A stretch of DNA of 41,671 nucleotides from Methanoregula sp. (lineage in GTDB: Archaea > Halobacteriota > Methanomicrobia > Methanomicrobiales > Methanospirillaceae): the NCBI GenBank assembly GCA_039698055.1, contig JBDKTL010000003.1, positions 1 through 41,671 of the forward strand, in the 5' to 3' direction. Below are positions 40,279 through 41,671 of this stretch, piece by piece. The notes beneath the pieces are model-generated. The model did not search any database. It saw nothing but the letters and a program-made list of their open reading frames with translations, and was not told where the DNA came from. The position numbers were made by a program, and so were the translations under genes. Within the stretch, counting starts at the first letter, position 1; each line of letters opens with the position of its first letter.

Positions 40279-40584
40279 ATGGACAACGAATTCTGCACAC
40301 GAACAGCGAGGAAACTCCGGAAGCTCGGGTACGTACCAAAGGTTGCGACCTTTTTCTCCCGGTTTTTTTACCTGTCAATGTTGTCTGTGAGCGGAATTGT
40401 GCTCATCAGCATGCGCTACCGGAACGGAGTGATATTCATTGGAGATGAAATCCCCCGCCTCCTCCGGTACACGCTTGCCGGCCCCATTGCATCAATCAGC
40501 CGGACTACCGGCGCGGAGATCATCATCGCGGACCCAGCAGCCGTGTACATCGTGTACTCCTCTTCTCGCATACATCGTAATTGA
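40279..40584 (+). CDS. Hypothetical 101-aa ORF (alternative reading of the structured region)
   Basis: ATG sits at leaderless distance from a TATA-like box. No recognisable motif. Confidence 0.2.
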   Translation: MDNEFCTRTARKLRKLGYVPKVATFFSRFFYLSMLSVSGIVLISMRYRNGVIFIGDEIPRLLRYTLAGPIASISRTTGAEIIIADPAAVYIVYSSSRIHRN

Positions 40585-40745
40585 CCGCCGGTCCCGGTGG
40601 GTAATTCCCTTAAAACGATTGCTGACACCGATAACCTGCCGTCCGCTTCGTGAACAGGAAACTGAGTCGCTGCACCTTGTTGCGGCCCTGACCGGACCGG
40701 CGCTGTAAGGCTTTGACCGGAGAGCCGACGTTCTATTGGGTCTCA
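40279..40745 (+). ncRNA. Candidate large structured RNA or long structured leader
   Basis: Series of hand-identified stems, including 40413-40474 and 40586-40602/40685-40702. No known family recognised. Confidence 0.45.
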
Positions 40746-40792
40746 TAAAAAAGAATTGCAGGAGAACAAACCACAACTGAAAGGAGATGTGT

Positions 40793-40909
40793 ATGGAAAT
40801 ATTATCGATAAATCATCAGGAAGTGACCGGGCCGGATCAGATGGCGCCAGTTTCCTGGACAAAAGACCCGGAGCCCGTCCCGGGGAATTGCCGGGGGTGC
40901 GTCTTATGA
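40793..40909 (+). CDS. 38-aa micro-ORF (MEILSINHQEVTGPDQMAPVSWTKDPEPVPGNCRGCVL)
   Basis: AAGGAG Shine-Dalgarno at 40781-40786. Stop overlaps the next start (ATGA 40906-40909). Below the ORF-track size cut-off. Confidence 0.5.
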   Translation: MEILSINHQEVTGPDQMAPVSWTKDPEPVPGNCRGCVL

Positions 40910-41262
40910 GCCGGGGACCCCGCCCCCGCCGGGCGCTTTCTGATGCAGTCATCATCGCGCAACAAAGAGGTACTGTCCAGCAACATGCCGGTAACGCCCC
41001 TGAGTCTCTCTACGATTTCGCTATCGTTGGAACCACACCGGTCGCTTTTGTACGGGTGAAGTTTGCAGCCCGGATCCTCGAAACGATCTCACATATTGCC
41101 GAAGATTTCCAGGATGAGATCCGGCGTCTCCGGGCTGTCGCGAGAGATGCCGCCATCTCGCTTGAGCTCTGGCTGCGTTCCAGACATGGTACGTGGCGGT
41201 TCTTCCGCGTCACCGGTGACGGCCTTGCCGAGCTGGACCGGAATGGCAGGCCGCTTGCGTGA
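40906..41262 (+). CDS. Small hypothetical protein with PD-(D/E)xK / Hjc-like fold signature
   Basis: GGGGGTG SD upstream of ATG 40906. YDF-x9-FVRVK resembles the (P)D...FVEVK motif. C-terminal ELWLRSRHGTWRFFRV. Confidence 0.7.
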   Translation: MSRGPRPRRALSDAVIIAQQRGTVQQHAGNAPESLYDFAIVGTTPVAFVRVKFAARILETISHIAEDFQDEIRRLRAVARDAAISLELWLRSRHGTWRFFRVTGDGLAELDRNGRPLA

Positions 41263-41671
41263 GAAGAACGGTACCGGCGGGTAACTAAAGCAAGGGCCGG
41301 GGAAGGTCTCTTTGGGGGTGTTTCTGGAACCTCACTGGCCAGGTATCAGGGGAGATATCCCAAACACGTCGGAGATACTCCTCGTACCGTGGAGTCAGGG
41401 AGTACTGCGAAAAGGAGCGTGTATTAGGCTCCGGCTACCCTTTTTTCTGGTGCTGGAGGTAATAATTCGGGAAACCGGGGTAACAATTACTGTAAAAAAC
41501 CGTTTGTTAAATTCGGTAAATATGAGGTCAAAAATAGCCATATTCCCGTGTCAGAAAATGGGGTGAGCTGTGTGCAAGGGCAGGGCAGGCTGCATCCGGG
41601 AGCAACCCCGTTTTTTGTAGAATTTACCGGAATGGGGGGTTCTAACCCGGGACACAACAGGGGGCCAGGGA

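Noticed and set aside
40306-40325. GAGGAAACTCC resembles RNase P RNA conserved region I
   Set aside because: No matching 3' CR-V (ACAGAA...CTTA-type) or P4 partner was found. A cmsearch with the archaeal RNase P model would settle it.
40720-40744. GAGAGCCG hairpin resembling group II intron domain V
   Set aside because: Too short, no AY bulge or GNRA loop, no domain VI and no reverse transcriptase ORF.

Overview
This is an archaeal chromosomal window, most likely from a methanogen of the Methanomicrobiales (Methanoregula-like; inferred from gene content and protein style). Most of it is housekeeping. It holds a translation/ribosome-biogenesis block (tsr3, gap, tyrS, rio1, KH/Dim2, hel308, cgi121), a DUF523/TudS-nucleoside deoxyribosyltransferase fusion and an AT-rich surface-glycosylation islet (GT-C, wecB, GT2, flippase-like). 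These are followed by SelB-like/LemA/DUF2207/DUF296/YgiQ genes and a tightly coupled MCR-activation operon (atwA, markers 3, 6, 5, 15, 17, 7) with an extra AhpD-like gene. The right half carries R15P isomerase, dapF, a wHTH-5xPAS regulator, radB-larC divergent from cdc48, an acyl-CoA ligase and a degenerate KaiC/RAD55-like protein. No rRNA, tRNA, CRISPR array or transposase was recognised. The most unusual region is about 40.25-41.45 kb: roughly 470 nt of closely packed hairpins (candidate large ncRNA), then a 38-aa CxxC micro-ORF translationally coupled to a small PD-(D/E)xK-like protein with an altered motif. Also notable are a 63/64-nt identical duplication between the two cdc48 Walker A regions and the TudS-NDT fusion. 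All calls come from motif recognition by eye; no database searches or folding programs were run.
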